Shown here: piece by piece, positions 52,631 to 62,666 of the stretch | Layout of the letters: each line of letters opens with the position of its first letter | How positions within the stretch are numbered: the stretch's first letter is position 1 | The notes under the pieces: generated by a model | Database searches by the model: none | What the model saw: only the letters and a program-made list of their open reading frames with translations | What the model was told of the DNA's origin: nothing | Made by a program: the position numbers and the translations under genes | IMG/VR virus record: IMGVR_UViG_3300044712_000538 | Span: 1 to 64,000 of that record | Length of the DNA stretch: 64,000 nt | Source: a virus | Direction: 5' to 3' (one strand)

Positions 52631-53704
52631 ATGGAAGTAGCAAACATCAATTTTGACGAAGTAAAGCAGGGAGATTTCCAAGTAGTCGATCCCTTGGCAA
52701 TGCCTTCTGGCCAGCAATCTACGGATGGCGATGGCCAAGGTCAGGCGCCGGCAGGCGACGGAACTCCCCCCGCCGGTCAGGCACCGGATGCGCCTCCCGC
52801 CGGTCAAGCACCGGCCACCCCGGCACCGGCCGGGCAAGACGCTCCTCCCGCCGGTCAAACACCCCCGGCCACCCCGCCTACTAGCCAACCGGCCGCCCAG
52901 GCTGCTCCTACGGACTGGAAGGATACGCTCAAACAGTTCGGCTTCAATGATGATTTCATCAAGCTGGCTGAGTTTGCAAAAACAAAGGGAGATCTCACGG
53001 AGTATCTGAAAGTCAAGAGCGCAAACTTCAAAGAAATGGACCCCATTTCGCTGGTGCGCATGGAGTTTGACGAAAAGTATTCCACCCTGTCAGCGGAAGA
53101 GAGGGAGGTTCTGTGGGATGTGGAGGTTGTTGAAAAATACAATCTGGACCGGGACAGGTTCCCGGAAACGGACCGGGCCGCTCAGGCCGGGATGATCAAG
53201 CTGAAGCTTGAAGCTGATCGCATCCGTCAGGACAAAATCAAGTATCAGGAATCTTTTGGGGCCCCAAGCTATGAGGACCCTGCAGTAAATACCGTGAATC
53301 AGGTCTTGGACAGTATTAAATCTTCCCAGGAAATGTCGGCGCTCCTGCAGAGCAAGACGCTGCCGTTTCAGGTAGAGGGGAAGCCTGTGTTCAATCTACG
53401 GGTCGAAGATCCGGATGAACTCGGGAATATGTTCATTGACCCCGATAAGTTCGGCGCGCATGCGTTCGACGAAAATGACAAGCCAAGGGTCCAGAGGATG
53501 CTTATGGCTGCTGCCATTTTGAAAGAGGGGGATCTTGTCGTTAAAAAGATCTTCGAGGCCGGTGTCGCTGCAGGGAGAAACAATCAGTATGAGGTAACCG
53601 AAGATGCCCAACAGTTCGGTGGTGGCGCTGCTCCGTCCGCTCCTGAGGAAAGCATTTTTGAGGCTTTCAGGAATCGCGGCAGGCTGGTTGAGCCGAACAA
53701 TTAA
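52631..53704 (+). CDS. putative capsid scaffolding protein
   Basis: acidic, Pro/Ala-rich N-terminus; directly before the major capsid gene. Confidence 0.65.
   Translation: MEVANINFDEVKQGDFQVVDPLAMPSGQQSTDGDGQGQAPAGDGTPPAGQAPDAPPAGQAPATPAPAGQDAPPAGQTPPATPPTSQPAAQAAPTDWKDTLKQFGFNDDFIKLAEFAKTKGDLTEYLKVKSANFKEMDPISLVRMEFDEKYSTLSAEEREVLWDVEVVEKYNLDRDRFPETDRAAQAGMIKLKLEADRIRQDKIKYQESFGAPSYEDPAVNTVNQVLDSIKSSQEMSALLQSKTLPFQVEGKPVFNLRVEDPDELGNMFIDPDKFGAHAFDENDKPRVQRMLMAAAILKEGDLVVKKIFEAGVAAGRNNQYEVTEDAQQFGGGAAPSAPEESIFEAFRNRGRLVEPNN
52741..52880 (+). repeat. imperfect PAGQ/PPAGQ coding repeats
   Basis: about 5 copies of (C)CCGCCGGTCA-like units. Confidence 0.7.
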
Positions 53705-53730
53705 TTACAAACCCATTAAATTCTCAAACT

Positions 53731-55077
53731 ATGGCGTACACACGCGGGATCACGGATAAGAAGTATATCTCAGCGATCCCTTTCATGGACCAGCGGGAGA
53801 TCCTCCCCCAAGTGTCAGACATCCACAATGATGCGGGTCTGACCGACATCATGGTACTCGGCAAGCAGTATAAGCGGGCCAAAATGGGTACTTATCACAA
53901 TTTCGTGAACGAAGCCCTGTATGTTCAGGGCGATACCACCGGCGCAACAGTAACCGGATCAGGTACGGCCACGGTAAATACCGCCCTGACTGCCGGCACC
54001 TCCGGTTATGTCCGGGTGGGCGATCTGGTGAAGTTCATCAACGCTGGCGGCAAAATCGGTCTGGTGATCGCGGTAACGCCCGGCACCAACGATGCCCTGC
54101 AGATCCAGTCTGTTGACGGAACCACCATCACCCACGTTGCCGGGGAAAAACTGTCTTTCTTCTCGAATGCATACGGCGAAAAGTCCAAGGCCGCGAGCAA
54201 CAGGAAGACCGGTGTTACCAAATATCTGAACAAGCTGCAGATCTTCCGCGAGGTAAATACCATCACGGACGTTCAGAAAGCTTCTCCGATCGAGGTAACC
54301 TACAAGGGACAAAACCTGGTGGTCTACAAAGACCTGTATGAAAAAGCCGTGAAGCTGAAAGGCGACATTAATGCGGCCGTGATCATGGGCGAAATGTCTG
54401 CCACCTCCTGGGATGATGCAAACCCCGCACTGGTTGATCCGACCAACAGCGGCGCCGTTCAGACCACCCGTGGTTTGGACTCGTACATCATCGGTCAGGG
54501 TGGCATCGACGATACCGTAGCCTCCCTGGGCACATTCGCGCTGGCCGATGCCGAGGATATTGTAAACCAGTTCGTTGCCAAGAAAGCGCCAAAGAGCCAC
54601 TATGGCTTCCACTCGACTGCCGTTGGCATGAAGGTGAGCAATATGCTGAAGGCTCTCGGAAGCGCCGGCACCATGCCTCAGCGGATGATGATTCAGGGTC
54701 AGTCCATCAACTACGATGCGACCGAATGGACCTACGGCGGCCACAAATTCCAGTTGACGAATTTGCCGATCCTTGACCATGTGGAAATCATGGGCGGTAC
54801 GATCATGGCAAAGTCGATCTATTGGGTTCCCACCGACCGGGTTAAAACCCACGGTGAAGACGGTGGCACCCATCCCCGCATCCAGATGAGGTACTGGCCC
54901 CATCAGATCGCATCCAACACCGGCACGGAACTGATTGCTGAGTGGCATGGTGGTGCAAAAGCACCTACCGGCCCGAACGGTGATCCCGAAGCCGTGTGGA
55001 ACACCTACTGGCTGACCTATCAGGGTCTGGAGTGCCTTGGCCTCCAGCACTTCGGTCGGACCAGGGTGATCAGCTAA
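53731..55077 (+). CDS. major capsid protein
   Basis: 448 aa; N..QIFRE...ITD, TTRGL...I motifs; strong codon bias; position after scaffold. Confidence 0.85.
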   Translation: MAYTRGITDKKYISAIPFMDQREILPQVSDIHNDAGLTDIMVLGKQYKRAKMGTYHNFVNEALYVQGDTTGATVTGSGTATVNTALTAGTSGYVRVGDLVKFINAGGKIGLVIAVTPGTNDALQIQSVDGTTITHVAGEKLSFFSNAYGEKSKAASNRKTGVTKYLNKLQIFREVNTITDVQKASPIEVTYKGQNLVVYKDLYEKAVKLKGDINAAVIMGEMSATSWDDANPALVDPTNSGAVQTTRGLDSYIIGQGGIDDTVASLGTFALADAEDIVNQFVAKKAPKSHYGFHSTAVGMKVSNMLKALGSAGTMPQRMMIQGQSINYDATEWTYGGHKFQLTNLPILDHVEIMGGTIMAKSIYWVPTDRVKTHGEDGGTHPRIQMRYWPHQIASNTGTELIAEWHGGAKAPTGPNGDPEAVWNTYWLTYQGLECLGLQHFGRTRVIS

Positions 55078-55102
55078 TCGCTGGCACATTTCCAGATAAA
55101 AC

Positions 55103-55130
55103 GGGGGAGGATTTTCCTCCCCCATATTTT
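55103..55130 (+). terminator. terminator after the major capsid gene
   Basis: GGGGGAGG-ATTTT-CCTCCCCC-ATATTTT. Confidence 0.7.
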
Positions 55131-55150
55131 AACACACACAAAAAAAAGAC

Positions 55151-56041
55151 ATGAGAAAAATTGGATCGCTTAATGCGTTTTCTGAAAAGTACCTGCAGAA
55201 GTTTCAGTTGAAGCCCGGCCAGGTTGTTGAGTACAAGCTACTGAACGGGAAAAAGAATGATGACCCGGATACGGCCAAGCAGCGGCCGATGAACTATCCA
55301 AGGACAACTTTCAGCTTGAAAGGCGCTGAGGCAGGGATATTCGATACCGAACTGAAAAGGAGGATTCCATGTGGTATTTTGCGGTCATACGATGTTACTG
55401 CTGCTGGAGAAATTGCAAATGCCGTATGGGAAAAATACATTGTTGATTCTCCGGATGGCGTATTTGCGCTGGTTGGTGGACAGGGGATCAACGATGAGAT
55501 CTACTTCATGTTGGAGCATCATCCGGAAAATGAAGCAACTCCTCAGGACCCGAATTTTCCGAAAAAATTCAAGAAGATCGACAAGGTTGCTGATTCTAAG
55601 GCGAAGATCCAAAAGAATGATCAGTTGCTCGAAGCCCTTGATTTTATCAAGCAGCTTGAGGTATCTGAAATACAAGAGTTCGCGCAAGCGTCTGGATGGA
55701 ATGCAAAAGAAGATCCATCTGTTCTTTATGCAATGATGCAAGAAATGGCAATGCAGGACCCTGCCAAGTTCCTTGCTCGCGCCAATGATCGTCGTACCGC
55801 AATCATGGCGCTGGTCCGCAAAGCATTGAGCGAAAATGTGATCGGGTATTCCCCTGTTCAGAACAAGTTTACATGGGCTGGCACCGATGATGTTATTGCT
55901 CAGTTTGAAAAGGCTGACGGGGTGGTTGCAGAAGACATGCTCGCGGACTATCTCTATACCGGCGGCAAGGAAACCGAGGCAAAGATGAATCAAATGAAGC
56001 GGGCCTTGGGCCTGATAGTCGATAAAAGCGACAAAAAGTAA
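55151..56041 (+). CDS. conserved hypothetical protein after the major capsid gene
   Basis: LEHHP.N, A..DP.KFL motifs. Confidence 0.7.
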   Translation: MRKIGSLNAFSEKYLQKFQLKPGQVVEYKLLNGKKNDDPDTAKQRPMNYPRTTFSLKGAEAGIFDTELKRRIPCGILRSYDVTAAGEIANAVWEKYIVDSPDGVFALVGGQGINDEIYFMLEHHPENEATPQDPNFPKKFKKIDKVADSKAKIQKNDQLLEALDFIKQLEVSEIQEFAQASGWNAKEDPSVLYAMMQEMAMQDPAKFLARANDRRTAIMALVRKALSENVIGYSPVQNKFTWAGTDDVIAQFEKADGVVAEDMLADYLYTGGKETEAKMNQMKRALGLIVDKSDKK

Positions 56042-56066
56042 GTTGTGTGTGTTTTGGAAAACACAG

Positions 56067-56094
56067 GCCCCCCGTTTCTACGGGAGGCATTTTT
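56067..56094 (+). terminator. terminator
   Basis: GCCCCCCG-TTTCTA-CGGGAGGC-ATTTTT. Confidence 0.6.
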
Positions 56095-56112
56095 GAACCT
56101 TTTATTTAGAAT

Positions 56113-57786
56113 ATGGAACTGCCTGGCGTTGACTTTACCGTGCATATCGATCAATCCGCAAAGACAATGCGGCTTGCTGACAATGGCGTATATGCGCCGG
56201 GTGTTCAGTCTGGCATAAAAGGTTACTTCTCTGTCATTCAGCCGGATGGCATGGAGATTCCGGGAAGTGCGCTAAATCCGTCTGTTGTATGGACCGGACT
56301 TTCGCTTACCTACTATGTAATAGGCCTCCGGCTGGCCATTGACGGGTGCATCCAGAATGGGGAGTATAAGGTTTCATACACGGTAAATTATCCCGGATAC
56401 GACCCGACTACTGTTACCAAAACATTCGTCATTGACTTTCCGGCAATAACATTGGATGTTGTTCCGGATATGAACGTCTTCATCCCGGATCTGAAAGTAA
56501 GGGACAAGACAAACTATTCCAGGGACGGATATACGCACTCTATTTTGAGGAATTGGGCATATGAAATTCTCAATGTTGCCCCCAAGGTAGAGATCACCAC
56601 TCCGCTCGACTATGTAGATCTTTCCTACAACGGCGAGTATTATGATGCCTACTATAATGTTGATTTTGCAGCCGTTGTAACCTATGTGAGTGTTGCCAAC
56701 TCTTGGCTGACGATAGCGGAATCGTTTTCTACATCACTCCAGACATTTGCCCAAAATCCCGGAAGCTTCGAGAATCTTATCAGCCGGCTTGAATGCCTGA
56801 AATCAAAGTATGATTCATATAAGTCTGGCTGCGTAGAATCGGAGATATACCGCAATAAATATTCTTTCGCATCTTCCCTTTTCCAGCACCTTGTTGATCT
56901 GGTTAAAATAGGTGACGCATTTTCGTCTACCGTTCTGGAGAACTACATGCAGGCCACCGAGGAATGCTCCAGCGGGGCTTATGTTCCATCAAATACGGTC
57001 ATTCCCCCTTTCGACATAAATGAAATTGTCGTTACCCAGGGGGATGTTGACATGCAGAATATTGGCGGTGAGGAAGGGATATACAAAGACTCTGTTGGCA
57101 CAAATCCTAAGGTATTCAGGCTGAAAACATTGAAGACGGCTGGCCTTATGGTTATCACTCCAGTCGGCGATGTTCTTGAATTTGAATACAGAAACAAGGA
57201 CATTTTCATCGAATTTGCTGATACATCAAGATCTTATGAGGCGGGAATGCTTGTGGAAAAGGCAATCGTCATTCCTACTGGAGGAGGACTTATGAATTTC
57301 CGTATAGGTACTACGCCTGGCGGGGAGGAACTTATCATGTCGCAGCCCATCCCTCAGAACGCGGTTAGGTCGTTTACCATTGACAGGTATCAGGAAGTCG
57401 CGCAAACTATATACTTTTCTGGAATTAATGCCGAAACGAAGATCATTGTCATTCTGGACAAGGTTTTGGGCGTATATTCTGATAGCGGATTTGATACAGG
57501 GAACGGGATGGGGTCCGGCGGGAAGCTTACGGTAAATGCGTCTACCGATGTATCTGTTCCGTTTGATACCGGATTTTATGTGAAGCATGCGGTTCTGGTG
57601 CCATCCGTTCCGTTGTCCGCGTTTAAGGTCGGCACGACAAATGGAGGAACGGAAATCATAAATGAAAGTTCAATCCCTGCAGGAGCATCGTTCCCCATAA
57701 AGATTGATACCTACTGCGAGATACCAAAAACCTTTTATTTCGGCGGCATAACCGGTCCGGTAGTTTTAATTGTCTACTATGAATAG
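56113..57786 (+). CDS. putative structural (collar/fibre-docking) protein
   Basis: beta-rich; duplicated C-terminal unit F.IGTT.GG.E.I...YF.GI; no signal peptide. Confidence 0.6.
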   Translation: MELPGVDFTVHIDQSAKTMRLADNGVYAPGVQSGIKGYFSVIQPDGMEIPGSALNPSVVWTGLSLTYYVIGLRLAIDGCIQNGEYKVSYTVNYPGYDPTTVTKTFVIDFPAITLDVVPDMNVFIPDLKVRDKTNYSRDGYTHSILRNWAYEILNVAPKVEITTPLDYVDLSYNGEYYDAYYNVDFAAVVTYVSVANSWLTIAESFSTSLQTFAQNPGSFENLISRLECLKSKYDSYKSGCVESEIYRNKYSFASSLFQHLVDLVKIGDAFSSTVLENYMQATEECSSGAYVPSNTVIPPFDINEIVVTQGDVDMQNIGGEEGIYKDSVGTNPKVFRLKTLKTAGLMVITPVGDVLEFEYRNKDIFIEFADTSRSYEAGMLVEKAIVIPTGGGLMNFRIGTTPGGEELIMSQPIPQNAVRSFTIDRYQEVAQTIYFSGINAETKIIVILDKVLGVYSDSGFDTGNGMGSGGKLTVNASTDVSVPFDTGFYVKHAVLVPSVPLSAFKVGTTNGGTEIINESSIPAGASFPIKIDTYCEIPKTFYFGGITGPVVLIVYYE

Positions 57787-59404
57787 GATTTTGTCTTTCC
57801 TGCTTTGTTTTCTTTTTGCCCAGGCTGCGGCACAGGATATTAACGCGCAAGGCCTTATGGAGCCGAAAAGGCTATTCCCGAGGGAGAACTTTGCGCCTCC
57901 TATTGATACTGTAATCCCCCCTGCTCGGCTTGGAGAATTAAGGTCAAGGCCTACCGAAGGAAGGGTTTATATGTGCGTTTCATATGTTGGTCAAAGGTGG
58001 ATCTCTATTTCCGGAGGAGGAGCCTTGCTGGTTGACAGTTCCATTTATTCGACCATCGCTCAGGCAAGGAAGATCGTCGGAGATTCTGTTGTAGCCGCTC
58101 ATATATTTAACAATGGTGTAACGAGAGATCCATCAAACCCGAGAGTAATTCAGCTTGGCGGCGCTTTGACTAAATCGACTGTTATTGGAGAGGGAGCGGG
58201 TGTATATTCTACTACTTTCCGGGATAGCCTTATCACTAATGATCGGGCTTTTTACATTCAGCTTCCATCCAGTTCGACACCTATGCGGTGGTGGGCTGGT
58301 ATGGGGCCGCTCAGGGATACCACTACTGTTGTATTGGGATGGAATGTCGGCCGATCCCTTTCCAGCCTGAACAGGTCTGGAGTTTTTATTGGGTCAAATG
58401 CTGGATCTGGTGCAACTTCCGGATTGGGTAATGCGGTTGTGGGATTTGAGGCAGGCCGGGACCTGACTACCGGCCAGGTGAATACATTTTTTGGATATAG
58501 GGCTGGACGGGGAATGACAAATGGATTAAACCATGTTGCCATCGGCCCTTCCGCTTTGCTTAGTTATACGTCCGGTACTTCTGCCTCTACAAATATGATG
58601 GCCTTTGGAACCGGATCTTTGCAGTTGGTTACATCCGGCGGCGCAACTACTGCTATCGGATATTCTTCAAATAGCAATGCAACTTCTTCTACTGAGAATA
58701 CTTCTGTTGGGCACCAAGTTCAATGGCAAGCCCTGACAACAACCGGCAACGTAGTGGTCGGTAAAGATGCGATGCGCGAAGGCCAGGTCCAGCTTTACAA
58801 TACAATATTGGGGACGAGGGGGCTTGTTGGATCAGCCAACTCAGTAAATCAGCCTACCGGGAATGTCGGTGCTGGATATGAGGTGATGCAGAACAATGAT
58901 GGTGGTGACTACAATGTAATGCTTGGGTTTCAGGTAGGAAAAAACCTTGGAAGCGTTAGCAATAAGCTGGTCATTGACAATTTCGACAATACGGTAAATC
59001 CTTTCCTTTACGGGGACTTCTCCGCTGATAGCCTTAGGGTGAACGCTTATTTGTCCGTGGAAAAGGTCGATAGCAGCGAGGAGGCTCAAAACACGATTTG
59101 GATTACCCAATCTGGAAGATTTATGAAATCGGCTGCTCGCCCGAGGATTTTGAGCGGCCAGGCAACTCTTGACTTTCCGAGTACGGCATCTGCAAACCAG
59201 TCTGAATTGACCGTTACGGTTACTGGCGCTGCCGTTGGTGATGCCGTTTCTATTGGCGCTCCGGTGGGATCAATTCTTGCAAATGGCGTTTACACTGGAT
59301 ATGTGAGTGCGGCAGATACGGTAACAGTTGTTTTTTTCAATGGAGCAAGCGGGCCTTCGCTGGACCCGGCAAGCGGGGTATTCAATGTTCGCGTCATTAA
59401 ATAA
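57779..59404 (+). CDS. fibre/adhesin-like protein with signal peptide
   Basis: MNRILSFLLCFLFAQAAAQ; roughly 14-aa N..G..AG beta-helix repeats; TVTVTGAAVGD.V C-terminal domain. Confidence 0.75.
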   Translation: MNRILSFLLCFLFAQAAAQDINAQGLMEPKRLFPRENFAPPIDTVIPPARLGELRSRPTEGRVYMCVSYVGQRWISISGGGALLVDSSIYSTIAQARKIVGDSVVAAHIFNNGVTRDPSNPRVIQLGGALTKSTVIGEGAGVYSTTFRDSLITNDRAFYIQLPSSSTPMRWWAGMGPLRDTTTVVLGWNVGRSLSSLNRSGVFIGSNAGSGATSGLGNAVVGFEAGRDLTTGQVNTFFGYRAGRGMTNGLNHVAIGPSALLSYTSGTSASTNMMAFGTGSLQLVTSGGATTAIGYSSNSNATSSTENTSVGHQVQWQALTTTGNVVVGKDAMREGQVQLYNTILGTRGLVGSANSVNQPTGNVGAGYEVMQNNDGGDYNVMLGFQVGKNLGSVSNKLVIDNFDNTVNPFLYGDFSADSLRVNAYLSVEKVDSSEEAQNTIWITQSGRFMKSAARPRILSGQATLDFPSTASANQSELTVTVTGAAVGDAVSIGAPVGSILANGVYTGYVSAADTVTVVFFNGASGPSLDPASGVFNVRVIK

Positions 59405-59410
59405 TGAATC

Positions 59411-59545
59411 ATGAAAAAGACAAATAAAAAGCCCAATCCAATGCTGTTTTTCGCAATAGTTTGGACCATTGTAATATTTGTCGTCCATGTTCTCCCGCAA
59501 AAAGCAGTCAATAGTATTTTTAGCTGGATCTCTGCTATTTTTTGA
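59411..59545 (+). CDS. 44-aa membrane peptide (not in the ORF track)
   Basis: MKKTNKKPNPMLFFAIVWTIVIFVVHVLPQKAVNSIFSWISAIF. Confidence 0.5.
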   Translation: MKKTNKKPNPMLFFAIVWTIVIFVVHVLPQKAVNSIFSWISAIF

Positions 59546-59567
59546 TGGCAAACGAAACTCAATATAA

Positions 59568-62396
59568 ATGAAGCGGTTACTCAACATCATATTTTTCTTT
59601 TCGCTACTTCTTTCGTCCAGCGTGTTTGGGCAAAGTATTATTCAGCCGGACAGGGCGGTAGTGAAGGAGAATTTCAGGCCGCCTCTTGATACGCTTATCG
59701 CTCCCGTATTTTTGGGAGAGCTGCGTACCAGGACTGCGGACAGTTCAATCTACATATCAATTTCTTTGACCGCTCCGAAGAAATGGATAAAAGCATCTGG
59801 ATCTGGAGGGGCAGATGGGAACAATTACCCAACGGCTTTAAGCTTCAATCAGTCAAATGACACCCTTACCCTTTCTTTATTTGGCAGGCCAAGCCTGAGT
59901 ACCGCCATACCAAGGGCGGTATATGACGGGTCAGAAACAAAGATTGGTGCCGGAACAGGCGGGGTTATCGTAACCGGGCTCGGAACTACTCCAAGCCCGT
60001 ATTTGATTTCAGTCCCGTCCTATAATGGATCAGAAACAAAGTTGTCTGCCGGGCCACGGATCTCTATTAGCGGGAGCGGCACTATACCTCAGCCATACCT
60101 TATTACCGCGGCCGATACGGACAGTTCAAGGTATTCGACCATAGCGAGGGTGATGCAAAAGATTGACAGTCTGGCGGCTCTTGCCTCCATACGGTCTATT
60201 GTGAGCGGGGACAGTTCGATACTGGTTACGTCCGGCACCGGCCCTACAGTCGATCTCAGGTCGAGGGATTCCGCGATTGACATTGTGTATATCTCTTCCG
60301 ATGGGTCAGTATTGTTTGAGCATTGGGGATCTGGTGATGGGGTGGATACGATTGATGTTCGGGCATTGGCCGGTGGTCCTGGCGGGGATAATTGGGGATC
60401 GCAGGCCGTTGTTAAGGATGGCACCCTTGTTGGGGATGGAACTACGATCAGCCCTCTTGGAGTTAATCTGGCTGCAATATCCGGGCTGGCCACCTATTAT
60501 ACGGCAGACGGAAAGTTTACCGGGAACAGATCCGTTGACCTTGATGGGTTATATACCCAATACCTTGACACGGTTGCTGGCGTTTCTTCCATATTCAGGA
60601 TCTCGCATGCTGGCATTCTGGTCCAGAAGAGCAATGCTCCTCCAATTGCCAGCGTACAGGACAGTTCTTTCATTTTCCAGTCTGGCGGCACTTATCTTTC
60701 CTCCACCACCAGAAAGCTTAATCTGGTTGCCCCGGATTCCATCTACGCCAGTTCCAGGATAACGCACCAAGGATACCTACCGATCCTTTCCCCCTTCCAG
60801 CTTACCACAAAAGCATATGTCGATAGCCTTCTTTCGACCATAAACGGTTCCGAAACAAAGATCTCGGCCGGGGCAAATGTTACTGTTACCGGTGCCGGAA
60901 CGACGGGAAGCCCATACATCATATCCGCGACGGCCGGTGGCGGCCCGGCTGGCGTTACCAGCGTAAACCTCACAATGCCATCGGCATTTACGGTCCTTGG
61001 CGGCCCCATCACTTCTGCCGGCACGTTTTCTGTAACCGCAAACGGAACGGCATCGGACTACATCGCGGGCAATGGTGCCATCCTCCCTTTCCCGGCCATC
61101 CCGACATATGACGGATCGGAAACGAAAATATCTGCAGGACCGGGCATCGGTGTTACCGGATCTGGAACGACCGGCAGCCCATATGTCATAACCAATCTGT
61201 CTAGCGGGAGCGTGGTGAGCGTAGGGATGAGCGTTCCGGCAGGCCTATCGGTATCTCCCGCAACAATTACCACAAGTGGCACCTTTGCCATCACTACATC
61301 CCTGAATGGATTGGTTATAGGAACAGGATCGGGGTTCTCTACCGCGTCCGTGTCCGCTCCGCTTACCTATTCCGGCGGCAACCTTTCAATTACTCAGTCC
61401 AGTGCATCGACAAATGGTTGGATAACCAGTACCAACTTTCAGAATTGGGAATCCAAGCAGCAACCATTGCAGTTCCGGGATGAAAGCAACCCGGTTGGTG
61501 CCCTGGGTGTTGTCCGGAACGTAAACTTTGTCGGGGCCAGGATCGCGGCAAGCCTAACCGATGCCAATACCGTAACCGTTACGGTGTCTGATCCTACCCC
61601 GGACGGGAATAACTACCCCCTTTCTGTTTCAACGTCTGGAGGCCTTATTACCATCGCGCGGTCTGGATTATCCGATATTGTTGATTCCCTGACCACGACA
61701 AGGGTATTGGAGGGCAGCAGGCTATACTTTACAACTGACCGGGCCCGGCAGTCCGTTTCTGCCAGTACGGGCCTCAGCTACAATGCCTCTACCGGTGTTT
61801 TTACCAACACATCCCCCGACCAGGTTGTTTCGATCTCCGGGACCAGCGGCATATCCGTTACCGGTTCATATCCCAACTTTACAATATCCGGATCTGGAAT
61901 TACAGGCATATTTTCTCAGAAATCATCCATTACTCCCGAGGGATCTTTTAACATCGCCTATGTCAAATCCCTTGGCGGGACATATGAAATTTCAGACAAG
62001 GTATTGAAGCTTGGGAACGTGAATGTCGATCCGCACAGGACAATAACGGTCAACGCAATGCTTTATGCGGATGCCTCATCCGTATTCCCTGGATTGTGGT
62101 ATCATGTGGCAACCCTTCCTTCCGGGTATAGGCCCACCGGGATTGTAAACTTCTCGCTGGCCAATTACGTCCCGACCATAGGCAACCCGGCCACAACTCC
62201 AATTCGGGCCAATGACAATTCCACCGGCATAACCGGGACCGCTGGCGCAGAATATAACTCCGCGAGCGGTTATATAGATCCAGATACTGGCTATATTTAT
62301 GTCAAATTGGGAACGATAGTATCGACCCCTACAAGGTCTGGTGTTTCTACGGTCCTGATACCTATTGTTGTAACTTTTTTCAATAACAATAATTAA
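59568..62396 (+). CDS. tail-fibre-like protein with signal peptide
   Basis: MKRLLNIIFFFSLLLSSSVFGQ; GSETKISAG..GT..SPY.I repeats, VTSV.L..P..F.V.G.PIT..GT units, EGSRLYFT.DRA, ATLPSGYRP tip. Confidence 0.8.
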   Translation: MKRLLNIIFFFSLLLSSSVFGQSIIQPDRAVVKENFRPPLDTLIAPVFLGELRTRTADSSIYISISLTAPKKWIKASGSGGADGNNYPTALSFNQSNDTLTLSLFGRPSLSTAIPRAVYDGSETKIGAGTGGVIVTGLGTTPSPYLISVPSYNGSETKLSAGPRISISGSGTIPQPYLITAADTDSSRYSTIARVMQKIDSLAALASIRSIVSGDSSILVTSGTGPTVDLRSRDSAIDIVYISSDGSVLFEHWGSGDGVDTIDVRALAGGPGGDNWGSQAVVKDGTLVGDGTTISPLGVNLAAISGLATYYTADGKFTGNRSVDLDGLYTQYLDTVAGVSSIFRISHAGILVQKSNAPPIASVQDSSFIFQSGGTYLSSTTRKLNLVAPDSIYASSRITHQGYLPILSPFQLTTKAYVDSLLSTINGSETKISAGANVTVTGAGTTGSPYIISATAGGGPAGVTSVNLTMPSAFTVLGGPITSAGTFSVTANGTASDYIAGNGAILPFPAIPTYDGSETKISAGPGIGVTGSGTTGSPYVITNLSSGSVVSVGMSVPAGLSVSPATITTSGTFAITTSLNGLVIGTGSGFSTASVSAPLTYSGGNLSITQSSASTNGWITSTNFQNWESKQQPLQFRDESNPVGALGVVRNVNFVGARIAASLTDANTVTVTVSDPTPDGNNYPLSVSTSGGLITIARSGLSDIVDSLTTTRVLEGSRLYFTTDRARQSVSASTGLSYNASTGVFTNTSPDQVVSISGTSGISVTGSYPNFTISGSGITGIFSQKSSITPEGSFNIAYVKSLGGTYEISDKVLKLGNVNVDPHRTITVNAMLYADASSVFPGLWYHVATLPSGYRPTGIVNFSLANYVPTIGNPATTPIRANDNSTGITGTAGAEYNSASGYIDPDTGYIYVKLGTIVSTPTRSGVSTVLIPIVVTFFNNNN
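59921..61190 (+). repeat. four (Y)DGSETKISAG...GT..SPY.I coding repeats
   Basis: copies near 59921, 60021, 60841 and 61107. Confidence 0.75.
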
Positions 62397-62408
62397 ACAC
62401 ACACACGA

Positions 62409-62654
62409 ATGAAAAGGAAAATTGCATTGATCGCGCTACTCACGGCCCTATTCTCTTTTTCCCCCAAGCAGGAAGACGTAAAGTCATCCACGCAGGAAAA
62501 AAAGGTAAAGATTGAACTGACGGTAACCGGGTTGAATACCGTTCTTACGGCCCTGCAGGATCGTCCAATGAAAGAGGTTGGCGGCCTTGTCCTTGATATT
62601 ATCCAGCAAGCCGAGCCTCAGCTTAAAGACACCACATCCACCAAAAAGAAATAA
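62409..62654 (+). CDS. small fibre-associated protein with signal peptide
   Basis: MKRKIALIALLTALFSFS plus LTV...N.VL.AL..RP.KEV.GL...I.QQA, a motif seen in small proteins next to fibre genes. Confidence 0.65.
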   Translation: MKRKIALIALLTALFSFSPKQEDVKSSTQEKKVKIELTVTGLNTVLTALQDRPMKEVGGLVLDIIQQAEPQLKDTTSTKKK

Positions 62655-62666
62655 AAGCATTTAGGT

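Noticed and set aside
53959-55125. 388-aa antisense ORF
   Set aside because: Mirror of the codon-biased major capsid gene
57779-62396. diversity-generating retroelement targeting the fibre genes
   Set aside because: No reverse transcriptase and no TR/VR pair differing at adenines was seen in the window
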